Shown here piece by piece: positions 13,401-23,500 of a stretch of DNA of 64,000 bases (position 1 is its first letter; each line of letters begins with the position of its first letter). The DNA comes from Balanoglossus misakiensis. Its lineage: Eukaryota > Animalia > Hemichordata. Both the position numbers and the translations under genes were made by a program. Under the pieces are notes generated by a model. It was not told the DNA's origin, searched no databases, and saw only the letters and a program-made list of their open reading frames with translations. The stretch is from NCBI GenBank assembly GCA_040954595.2, contig CM082598.2:8447097-8511096 (forward strand), written 5' to 3'.

Positions 13401-13950
13401 TGAAAATGACGTTTTTGGGGCAAAAAGTGGCAAAAATGGCATTGTTTCTTGAGTAGGGTCAATAAGACTGCTATTTCTGGAATCAGCACCATTTTTTACA
13501 TAGAATGGACATTTCATATATCCAATGATCTCTGAATATGAAGAACACAATTTGTTTTTAGTTTTTTTGTAAAAATGACCTTTTTTGACCTCAAAAAGTG
13601 GTCAAAAATGGCATTTTTGTATTGATTGAGGTCAAAAAGACTGCTTTATTTTTTAAAGTCACCATTTTTAACATAGAATTGACTTTCCATATATCACCAG
13701 ATCAATCATTATGAAGAAAACCGTGTGTTTTAATTTTTTTCTAAAAATGACGTTTTTGGGGCAAAAAATGGTAAAAAGGCAATTTTTTGTTGTTTTGGGT
13801 CAATCGGACTACTTTTTTCGTAATATTCACCAAATTTTACATAGAATAAGCATATCGTATGTCATCAGATCTCAGAATGTGACGAAAACAGTGTGTTTTA
13901 GTGTTTTCTAAAAAAAGACCATTTTTGGGTTAAAAAGGGCCAAAATGGCA
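10440..13950. repeat. Internal tandem duplications in the right arm of the foldback element (offsets 1993, 1505 and 361 bp)
   Basis: Identical ORF translations at 10746/12739, 11812/13317 and 12206/13711. The block near 11270-11630 is repeated immediately downstream. Confidence 0.85.
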
Positions 13951-14078
13951 ATTTTGTCTTGAGTGGGGTCAATAAGACTGACATTTTTGGAATCAGCACC
14001 ATTTTTTACATAGAATGGACTTCTCAAACCTTCCTTACCAAAAATTCTGATTAACGGCACCTATCTCCTAGGGTAATA

Positions 14079-15024
14079 GACCTTAGTGGGGTTGATGGTG
14101 GTGTTCAGTCAGGGCCATGTACTGCTGGAAAAGATGACCTAGGTGTTGTTGATTTGTCAAATAAAAGTGCTATTCACAGTCAAAAAGCCAATGTCAAATC
14201 TAAAGATCACATCAAGTGCCCTGTTGACGATCAAATTGAGCAAACTATAGAAGATCTGTCAATTGCAATCTCAGAAGACTTACCATATGATGAAAAAACC
14301 AAACGTGCAGATGCACAAGAGAATGGAGTCAAGCGAAAAAGACTAACAGATCAAGCAAAGGACCTGAAGCTACCTAGAATTAAGAAATTTCGAGGAAGTG
14401 TTAAGGGAACTGGTAGTTCTGCTATTGGTCTTTCATTGAAAAAGAAGAGACAGACTCGTACAAATAAGAAGATGGAGAAGAAGACAGAGAAGAAGAAGAG
14501 TGTTAAAGCAGCAAAAATTAAGGCAAACAATGTTGATCACAGATTGAAATCAGACAATCTTATTAGCGGTACCATTGAGATGGATTCAAATGAAAGCGAA
14601 AGTTTCAAGTCTAGGGTGAGAACATTTAAAAGCTCTGGGGAATTCCGAGAAGTTTTGGATATTGTTCGCTCCACAACATTCACCACCTTGAAGACACTTG
14701 GAGAGTTGTTCCAAATGCATTGTCAAAGGGAACGTATGGATCCTGCAAATGGAATCTTATTTGAGGCCAGTGAAAATGAACAGAAGCTGGACATCATTTC
14801 AGACTTGGTGTTAGATGTGATGCCCTCAATCAAGGAAGAATCCCTAGGAAGGGAAGCTGATATATTTCAATTGCTGATATCATGCATCTGGCTGGCTGAA
14901 GAGTACAACCTTGACATAAGGCCCATAAGGCAGGTGTTGTTGGCCGAACCAAACCATCTCATCCTGGTAGAAGATCCTTGTAAAGTAATACGAGGAAAAT
15001 TACGAGTTGGGAATACATCATTAA
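14079..15024 (+). CDS. Exon 2b: continuation of the MULE ORF (Lys-rich linker leading into the Ulp1 domain)
   Basis: GAC CTT AGT GGG at 14079 resumes the DLSGVDG repeat, in frame with ORF 14154. It includes a Lys-rich NLS-like segment and ends ..GKLRVGNTSL. Confidence 0.85.
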
Positions 15025-16169
15025 AGAGGAACGACACCCACAATTTTGGGCTTCAAAGTCCAAACCGGGTGTCAAAAACGGCAACGTTCCGATGGGTTAA
15101 TTCACTTTCACTTCCTGCGCAAGCAGAAGACGCGAGTTGAAAATACTACTGTGACGTCAGCAACTTGCGTTGCAGTCGACGCGCAGGGCTCTTACACGTT
15201 CGACGTGTCATTTCCAATAAACAGACACATTTTGCGCGGATCTGACATGGCGAAATGTCAAGTTCGTGACTTTAAAAACATATTCGGAAAATCGACGGGG
15301 ATAAGTTTCTTTCGAAGGCAATGCTCTACGTGTATTGTATTTGTCGATGCGTGCAGACATAGACCCTGCAATGTCCAAGATGCCATGCATGTCGACGTTT
15401 ATGAACAAACCGTAAGGCCTATACAAAGTTGTTCTAACTGCCGCTGATAATAATAAACGTACCGTTTTAAATCCTTCCTGCACGTTTTTTGGTACACGTA
15501 TTTGGGTTTAATTTCCATTTATTGACGATCGCATAGTTATCAAATGAAAGCAACTAAAAAGGGCAGTTTTAATACATTTCAAGAGACGAAACATGCATAG
15601 AATAACTATGGTATTGGCTTCCATTATACTACGGACGTACTACACCTGGAGAGCAGGACGATGCACCTTCGTTCTCTTCAACTCCATAAAAGGTGACAAA
15701 GTATTTTTGTAAGAAAAGTGGTTCGAAAAGGTGACAACGAGGGAGAGACAACAAGGGAGTTTCACCCATGGAGTGTCTATGGTTTCACTGAAACCACACC
15801 AAGTGTAAGCCTTGACAAACGGGACACATCGGAGATCAGAACTGCATGAACTTTTGTCCTCTGTAAAATTCAGTCGCTTGGTCGTAGAAGGGAATCTCTG
15901 GTTCAAAATTGTAGCCTACTACCCGAGAATATGTTGCCATGCTAACGTCGTCGGTCGCGTGAGTGCAGGCGTGTATAAGCATAGGCTCGCTCCAACGCGT
16001 CGGCAGCGGACAACAGTTGCTGACGTCACTCACTTCCGGGTTCGCGCAGTTTTTGGCTGGCTGTAGCTCTGTTATGCGTAAGTGAAAGTGAATGAAACCA
16101 ACGTTTTTCATAGTACTTGTTAATCGCATTTCGCCGAATTGGCTCAAAAACGGATCACAACGTTCCACT
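15025..16169. mobile_element. Kolobok-type internal-deletion derivative with THAP and KolX (P2X7-tail-like) remnants
   Basis: TTAA TSD at 15021-15024 and 16170-16173; termini AGAGGAACG / CGTTCCACT. The + strand at 15248 reads MAKCQVRDFKNIFGKSTGISFFR (THAP-like start). The - strand at 15940 reads MATYSRVVGYNFEPE, then, in a shifted frame, WCGFSETIDTPWVKLPCC. Confidence 0.72.
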
Positions 16170-16173
16170 TTAA

Positions 16174-16222
16174 CTAGAAGCGACCTTAACACTTGGGGCA
16201 ACGGCAGTGGTTAAATGACCAG
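16174..16222 (+). CDS. Exon 2c: start of the Ulp1/SENP domain (TRSDLNT/LGQRQWLNDQ; 1-nt frameshift)
   Basis: The empty site reads SLTRSDLNT(L)GQRQWLNDQ, matching the SENP DxxTLxxxxWLND motif. Donor gtatgt at 16223. Confidence 0.78.
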
Positions 16223-16795
16223 GTATGTACACTTTTTAAAATGAAAATTTACTTTTCTATACCACACATTTTCCATACTAGACATGTATACGTTACAGTT
16301 TTCTCAGCCAAATTTATTGTAATTCTCATTTTCATAATTACCAACTTGTCACATTTCACGAATATAAATAATGTTTGCAGCCAAAGGCTCATTATTCATG
16401 AATCGGTAATTTAAACAGGTTGGGATAGCTTTCCCTATCCATAACAAATTATATTATAATTAGTGTGGATTAATCTTGTCATAGAATACCATGCAAGTCT
16501 TCCTATCATGTGACCTACTGTTCTGTCTACCTTTACCTTACAATTTTTATCAAAAATCATATTTTAGAGTTAAAAAAGCAGTGTTTTGGGACAAACTTGT
16601 CCCTAATGTATTTGTAGAATCACCAAAGGGAATTGAGTTTTCAACTTAAATCTTTTTTTCAGCAATATTGTGAATTTTGATTGCGCAAAGCATGCTAATA
16701 CTGGTATCTGTTGAAACCACACAATAATTTCTCATAATAGCTGCACTTTGCAAGAGTTCCTCTTCACAAGTTTATTTTTCCTTATTTTTTTATAG

Positions 16796-16915
16796 GTAAT
16801 CCATGCATATCTCAGTTTGCTAATGGCAGAGAATCCAAATAAAGTGTACATACTTCCGTCCTTCCTAGGTGTAAAGTGGGAGCAAGGACTCTATGAGGAT
16901 TGGTTGTATCATAAG
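16796..16915 (+). CDS. Exon 3: Ulp1 protease domain
   Basis: ttttttatag|VIHAYLSLLMAENPNKVYILPSFLGVKWEQGLYEDWLYHK|gtattt; 120 nt, phase 0-0. It completes WLNDQVIHAYL. Confidence 0.82.
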
Positions 16916-17135
16916 GTATTTTTGTTACAATGTTTGCACATCAATTGTTTAAAATATTGCCTACTTGATTCAGAAAGCTTTTGTAACAGTTGACAAACGG
17001 ACAGACAACAGTAGTTTCACAGTTTCATGGATGAGGACTTGCTTGTTATATTGTTTTCCACAAACTGTTAATTGAAATGATTTAAACGTAAATCAGTTGA
17101 GAAAGACTGGTTAATGTTATTGATAAAATGATTAA

Positions 17136-17941
17136 AACCCCATTAGCTGTATCTTTTCTGCATTTTGTTTACCAAACTAATACCCCCAATTCTTCGAATA
17201 TATGTTGTGGATTCTCATCATTAAATCATATCACCTCTGAAAATGGATATATTTCAATCACTGGCAACATAATGGGTGTATCAAATTAAACCATCTATGC
17301 ATACTTGCTGGTGGTGGCCATATTTGGCTTGCAAGCCAAAAATTATTTATTTGTTAAAATCCAAGTTGTTTGGCCAATCCTAAGCCTTTTGCCAATATCT
17401 GGGAACTTTTATGTTGTGAAGGACTTTTCAATAAGGCCAGAGAGAAAAAAAATCTTGTTCATCAGATTTTTTGGACCAAGCTTCAGGAGCGGCGAGTGAA
17501 AAAAAATTTTTTTTTTTTTTCCCCGGCCAAAGGTAAACGCGGTCCCTCAGACTTTTTTGCCAAGATACAGACAAAGCAAAATAATCTTTTCCCCTTTTAG
17601 CCTTACCAGAAATATCTCAGACAAAAAATCGACCCACTTTGTGTCATGTTTCGCAAAATTCAGATGTCACAACAGCGTGTTGTCAGGCACTTCGGAAGTC
17701 TCATTCAAAATCCTGCGCCCGCGAAAACCCGACGGAGTGTTGGGCGCCACCAGCGGCAGTACTAAAAATTTTGCAATGCGGAAGTATGAATTTGCCGCAA
17801 TCCAAAAAAAAAAAATTCCAAATTGGCCAAAGTAGAAGCGGCGATTCCGATGAACAATTTATTTTTTCTTCCTGGCCTAAGCTACTTTTGATATAAATTA
17901 TTGTGTTCAAAATAATATGAAAAGATACAACTAATGGGACT
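17136..17941. mobile_element. Kolobok-like TTAA MITE in intron 3 (hosts a nested Harbinger MITE)
   Basis: TTAA|AACCCCATTAGCTGTATCTTTT ... AAAAGATACAACTAATGGGACT|TTAA, with TSD at 17132-17135 and 17942-17945. Confidence 0.78.
17435..17877. mobile_element. PIF/Harbinger-type MITE
   Basis: TAA|GGCCAG..AAAAAA..TTGTTCATC ... GATGAACAA..TTTTTT..CTGGCC|TAA, with a 3-bp TAA TSD. Confidence 0.8.
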
Positions 17942-18251
17942 TTAAGTACACACAAAGTTGCACATGTTTTTTGTTCTTGGGTGTGTTTTTTGTGGGCTGT
18001 TGGTGTCTGCAATTTTTTTAGCCATGGCTTTTCAAGTACATCATATCAGTGGATATATTATTGATTCTGCTTGTCTGTATTAGTTACCCTGAAAATGGCC
18101 ATTCAAAAAGTCTTCATACAGAACGTGATCATATCCCAATAATTGCAAGCAAAAGTTTTATGTATGGAACTTTTGACAGCTTAAAAGTAACTTATATCTT
18201 CATGATTTCTTGTTTCAGCCAAAATAACAATTTTTCCATATTATTTCCCAG

Positions 18252-18406
18252 GTTGATTTTAATGCATTCCGCTGGATTGTTATGCCTGTTAATGTATGCA
18301 ATTCTCACTGGTGTCTTCTGGTAGTAGATATGATGAATAGACCAGTTGGTGTTATGAACTCTGTGACAGATGAGGATGTAGAGGAATCTTACTTCAACCA
18401 CTGGTG
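18252..18406 (+). CDS. Exon 4: Ulp1 catalytic His segment (copies start at 22596, 26972, 31349)
   Basis: tttcccag|VDFNAFRWIVMPVNVCNSHWCLLVVDMMNRPVGVMNSV..YFNHW|gtaagt, containing the P-V-N..H-W-x-L-L-V-V-D motif. Confidence 0.85.
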
Positions 18407-19182
18407 GTAAGTAGTAGAATGTTAGGTTACATTGACCTGCACTTTGCATGCATGCACATAGTTGCATTTTGTATTTAATTCTATGGGTTATAAAACAGGC
18501 CTTCAGCTTTCCAAGACTATAGTGTAACAAAAATTAGTGATAGCCACATAGTTCATGTCAAGCTGTGAAAACAAAGACTAAATTTCCATCACTTAGACAT
18601 GTTCTCAGTGGAACAGTGCAGTTAACACGACCAATAGCCATACAATTGTACCAAGTTGTACAGTAAACTTTTAACATTTTACCGTAATCAGTGCACCCGC
18701 TGATAAATTTTATCGTTCAACGTCGACTGCCTTTGAAATTGGAACAGTAAAATTTCAAGGGGCAAGGGGGTACGGATGAACGTGTGAGGCGTGACCTGAT
18801 ACATATGATAGACATTCCCTTCTGTATTAAATAACTGCAAATAGAATGATCCAGAGAAAGACGTCCAGACAAGTGCAGCAGTTTATGACTCATTCAACAA
18901 AGTTTTAGCCATAATTTATTTGCATAACAATGGGTCGCTGCCTGGAGCTGTGAAGGTGACCTGATACATTCTGCCAAATTATCGCCCAAGCTATTGTTTT
19001 GTGTCATTGTTTTGGCTGTCAATTTCACCATTTTCAAATTAGTCACCCTTGGCCCATAAACCTGGTATGCACGGCAGTTCTTTTGGGATACGTTCCAATA
19101 TAGCCACCAGATGGCCATTCTACTATGCTTTTAATTGTCGGGTTGGGACTATGTCATTGACAATGACTTGTTCTCATTGCAG

Positions 19183-19300
19183 CTATTTTGTCTTGACCCG
19201 GAAACCGCTCACCACTCACACACTTCCAGAGTTCAAGAGGGTGAAGATAACATGTGGAAAACAATATGATGTACACAGTTGTGGCATTTTTGTTTTGATG
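19183..19300 (+). CDS. Exon 5: Ulp1 catalytic Gln/Cys segment (copies start at 23527, 27903, 32280)
   Basis: cattgcag|(C)YFVLTRK..CGKQYDVHSCGIFVLM|gtatgt, containing the Q-x5-CG(I/V)F motif. Confidence 0.85.
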
Positions 19301-20256
19301 GTATGTTTATTGTCTTCTCTCTTACACATGAATACAGAAAGTTCTACTAGTTACTTTCCATAACTTATAAAGCATTGACATTCCCAGAGTATTGCATAAA
19401 TATTGCATAAGTAGTTACCTAAAGAGGTTTTGTTGCTGCCCATGACATTCTTAAGGCTTATGATGTAAAACAGTGCAAAAGCTTCAAGAGGGAAATGAGC
19501 AAATCCTATTCAGATCTACTAGCATTGGCTGATGGCCACAAAAGTTTACAGGCCTAATCTTTGTTTCCACTAGCCAGTCAGCTAACATTTTTATAGCAAC
19601 CCAATGAGTCTCACAGATGCTAAGCTGCAGCCAATCAAATTTTCAGTTTGTTAATTATTCACAATTCAGGGCCCAGGTCTCCTAGTTGAAAATATAAACC
19701 CTGTCTTTTGCGAATCAGATGGCCGGATTCTGACAAAGCAGATTATGATAAAGTACACCACTGAAAGTTGAGATGTTTGGACTGAGCAAACTTCAGCAGC
19801 AATAACAAATAGATTTTCAATAGCAGAAAAACATTCCAGATTGCTGTGCGAATTCTATCAGAGTAACATTCCACAAGTTTAGAGGAATAACCCATTATGC
19901 ATTGTGCAGTTTCGCTGAATTTCAGCCAAGGAGTTAGGAAGGTCATGTGCTTGTTTAGGCCACAATGTTTGTTGAACATATTATCGTTTTCCTTGATTCC
20001 TGAACAGTTGTATTGAGAAAAGGTTGACTGCTATAAAGAACAGATAAACTGATTAAGAGTACAGCTGCAGTCAAATCAGTTCATACATCAGGAGATCTGT
20101 GTACATGTTAAAAGCTGTAGTTTTGGAATGGAGACTTCATAAGTGCCATGCAAATAGTTGGCAAGTTAAGATTTGAGGCAGTCTTATAGAAGCCATGTAG
20201 ATCTATCCCTACAATAATTTACAAGGTCAATAGATAATTATGATTCTCTTTTACAG

Positions 20257-20523
20257 AATGTGGAAGCTATCATTTCAAATGTAAAACCAGGTGTCATGCG
20301 TCAGCACCACTGCAGGATGTATAGAGAATACGTGAAGAAGAGGCTGCTGCAAAAGTCAATCTCAAATGAAGAGTTTGCTTGTGACCTGCCCTTTTGTACG
20401 AAGCCACCAGGTAAAGCACAGTGGGTGCTGTGCGTTTCGTGCGAGAGGTGGTGCCATATAAAATGCTGCAATGTAACATCAGTCTGACAGGACGATGCAT
20501 TTTTCTGTGTTTTATGTGCTTAG
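20257..20523 (+). CDS. Exon 6: end of Ulp1 domain plus PHD finger, premature TGA (copies start at 24601, 28977, 33354)
   Basis: ttttacag|NVEAII..CDLPFC..WVLCVSCERWCHIKC..V*QDDAFFCVLCA*. The C4HC3 pattern is completed only by reading past TGA 20485-20487. Confidence 0.83.
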
Positions 20524-23500
20524 TAGATTCTTCAGCATACGCAAGTACATAAAGGCATGGGTACAAGGTAACTGGCTTATTTTGATTAATGCCATATTTC
20601 TTGAAAACGAAAACTCAGATGAAAGCAAAATTTGGTACAGACTTTGATTTCTGTAAAGCTGAAATTTTTGTGTTGAAAAAATTTACATCGACCAATCACG
20701 TGACCAAATTGTCGCCATTTTGGTGCAAAAAATTGACTTGTTTCAGTTGTGTTTAGCTTTAACACAGCAAAATGGGGCTTCTGTTTAGGTGAACCCTGCT
20801 GTTTTAGTGTCAAGCCAAGTTGCTTGGTAATTACCTACTTTAGTACTGTATCCAATATATCCATCTAAGTATTAGTATAGGATAAGATAGAATAGTGTAG
20901 TCTTTGCATATTACTTTCCTTTTCTGACAAATTTATGTGCATTTGAATTTCTATGTATGTTCAAAATATAAGCAGCTCGAATTTGCAAGTTAAGGTGTGG
21001 TGAGACAACGTTGTTAAAGTGTTTTTTTTCCGAAGCCATTTTCACAATGAAGACAATATGATAACCCCTGTGAGAGACCACTCTCATGACCCGTGAGTGA
21101 CCTCTGGTTCTGGTATCTTTGTTTGTTTTGCTCAAAGTTTCATAACAGAAATTTAAACTTTTTGTTCCAGGATGAGTTAGAGTGCACAAGTTGAATGGTA
21201 TGCTTATCATACCAACAAAGATGCCAGGATGTACAGGTCACACAAGGATCAATAAGTGGCCTAATTATCAATTTTCCTGATAAAGAAATCTTTTTGATAA
21301 TTTGGCATTGAAAGGCTATGGTGACAAAAAGAATACTGCCTTTACAAAACATACTGAAAATAATTGTCCAAATTAAAGCTACTGTTCTTTTTGTGAGTCT
21401 TTGTAGCATATGAAGCATATCTTGGTAAGGCCAAAGTAAGTAGATTGTTTGTTTTGCATCAGTGTGTGTATGTTTTTGGAGAATTTCATGAAAAACACAC
21501 ACAGTGTATTTGAATAGGACTTTACCGCTTAGCTTTTCTGTCTGCAAATCTTTGCTGATAATTTTTGTAAAATGTGCTTTAAATTCCTGCATGCTTGCAG
21601 ATTGAAGTCCAAATTATGGAAGTGAATTCAGTTTCTGCTTTGATTCTTGAATTGGCACTGACATTTCATGAAAACAATCAAGTTAATACAAATCTTGTGT
21701 GTGATAAACTTTCTGTGTTTTTGAACTGCTTACCTTTCAAAATTTTGAGTGGACACTGAGTGGACCGAAACAAAGAATGTAATTACTTCGGCCTAACATA
21801 TTCTTGTACATTATATATCTGCCAGCTATGTATTTATGTTGTATTGACATGGAGAATGTTGACCCGCTCAAGGGCATATCACTGTAAAAAGTGTCACAAA
21901 GTCATGCATGTGATGATAACTTGTTTGAAGCCATCTGAATTTGGCATACATAGATTGTGTAACATTCACAAACATGTTAAGAATAAACATCTGAATTCTT
22001 TTAGTTTACACAGTCGCTTAATGATTCTCCCTGTTTTTGTTTTTTTGTGTGCGTGTCCTTTTAAAGCCCCAGTAACGCCGATTTTTGGCTATTTTTTTCA
22101 TCATATGCCAGCTGTATTCTCAGGGGGCACATATGCAAGATGCCTTAGTACCATGTAATTTCTGAACTTAATCTATGAAATATTCACTCAAGTTGGTTCA
22201 ATATGTCCAAAATAATCTTAAAATTGTCTCCTGGAGCAAATTTTACCACAAAACGATATGAAATATGACTACATTATGCTCACAATCTTCAATACTGCCC
22301 TACTACATATTCTAGGATGGTATAGGTCATTTAAGGTCAAAGACAAAAATATGCAAATTTCATTATGATTTGAGCAAACTGGGCTGAGATCACCCCTAGG
22401 AATATGCATATCAAATTTCAAAGCACTCAGTCAAGCGGTTTCAGAGATAATGATTTTTTGACCAAAACGTGATCATATCCCAATAATTGCAAGCAAAAGT
22501 TTTATGTATGGAACCTTTGACAGCTTAAAAGTAACTTATATCTTCATGATTTCTTGTTTCAGCCAAAATAACAATTTTTCCATATTATTTCCCAGGTTGA
22601 TTTTAATGCATTCCGCTGGATTGTTATGCCTGTTAATGTATGCAATTCTCACTGGTGTCTTCTGGTAGTAGATATGATGAATAGACCAGTTGGTGTTATG
22701 AACTCTGTGACAGATGAGGATGTAGAGGAATCTTACTTCAACCACTGGTGGTAAGTAGTAGAATGTTAGGTTACATTGACCTGCACTTTGCATGCATGCA
22801 CATAGTTGCATTTTGTATTTAATTCTATGGGTTATAAAACAGGCCTTCAGCTTTCCAAGACTATAGTGTAACAAAAATTAGTGATAGCCACATAGTTCAT
22901 GTCAAGCTGTGAAAACAAAGACTAAATTTCCATCACTTAGACATGTTCTCAGTGGAACAGTGCAGTTAACACGACCAATAGCCATACAATTGTACCAAGT
23001 TGTACAGTAAACTTTTAACATTTTACCGTAATCAGTGCACCCGCTGATAAATTTTATCGTTCAACGTCGACCGCCTTTGAAATTGGAACAGTAAAATTTC
23101 AAGGGGCAAGGGGGTACGGATGAACGTGTGAGGCGTGACCTGATACATATGATAGACATTCCCTTCTGTATTAAATAACTGCAAATAGAATGATCCAGAG
23201 AAAGACGTCCAGACAAGTGCAGCAGTTTATGACTCATTCAACAAAGTTTTAGCCATAATTTATTTGCATAACAATGGGTCGCTGCCTGGAGCTGTGAAGG
23301 TGACCTGATACATTCTGCCAAATTATCGCCCAAGCTATTGTTTTGTGTCATTGTTTTGGCTGTCAATTTCACCATTTTCAAATTAGTCACCCTTGGCCCA
23401 TAAACCTGGTATGCACGGCAGTTCTTTTGGGATACGTTCCAATATAGCCACCAGATGGCCATTTTACTATGCTTTTAATTGTCGGGTTGGGACTATGTCA

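Larger units (their letters stand above)
6347..14075. mobile_element. 7.7-kb foldback-type non-autonomous DNA transposon (possibly Academ-related) inserted in exon 2
   Basis: Termini TACCCTAGGAGATAGGTGCCGTTAATCAG...CTGATTAACGGCACCTATCTCCTAGGGTA. Inverted arms of >1 kb are built of ~150-bp diverged subrepeats. 3-bp TSD ATA at 6344-6346 and 14076-14078; removal restores the repeat and the reading frame. Superfamily is inferred only. Confidence 0.88.
2112..20523 (+). pseudogene. Spliced MULE/MuDR transposase-SWIM-Ulp1(C48)-PHD fusion gene, inactivated (whole locus)
   Basis: Exons: 2112-2365; 4213-6346+14079-15024+16174-16222; 16796-16915; 18252-18406; 19183-19300; 20257-20523. All introns are GT-AG with matching phases. 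Lesions: TAA 4991-4993, two transposon insertions, a 1-nt frameshift near 16192, and TGA 20485-20487. Confidence 0.85.

Noticed and set aside
6874-13911. Short ORFs in the foldback arms and HINE
   Set aside because: They are low-complexity, F/K-rich translations of tandem and inverted repeats with no domain motifs.
14154-15140. Stand-alone 328-aa gene
   Set aside because: It is the middle of exon 2. The start is a TTG just after the foldback, and the last ~38 codons are read-through into the Kolobok insert.
20485-20487. TGA as selenocysteine or programmed readthrough
   Set aside because: It is not at a zinc-ligand position, a CGA>TGA transition is simpler, the gene has other lesions, and I recognised no SECIS element.
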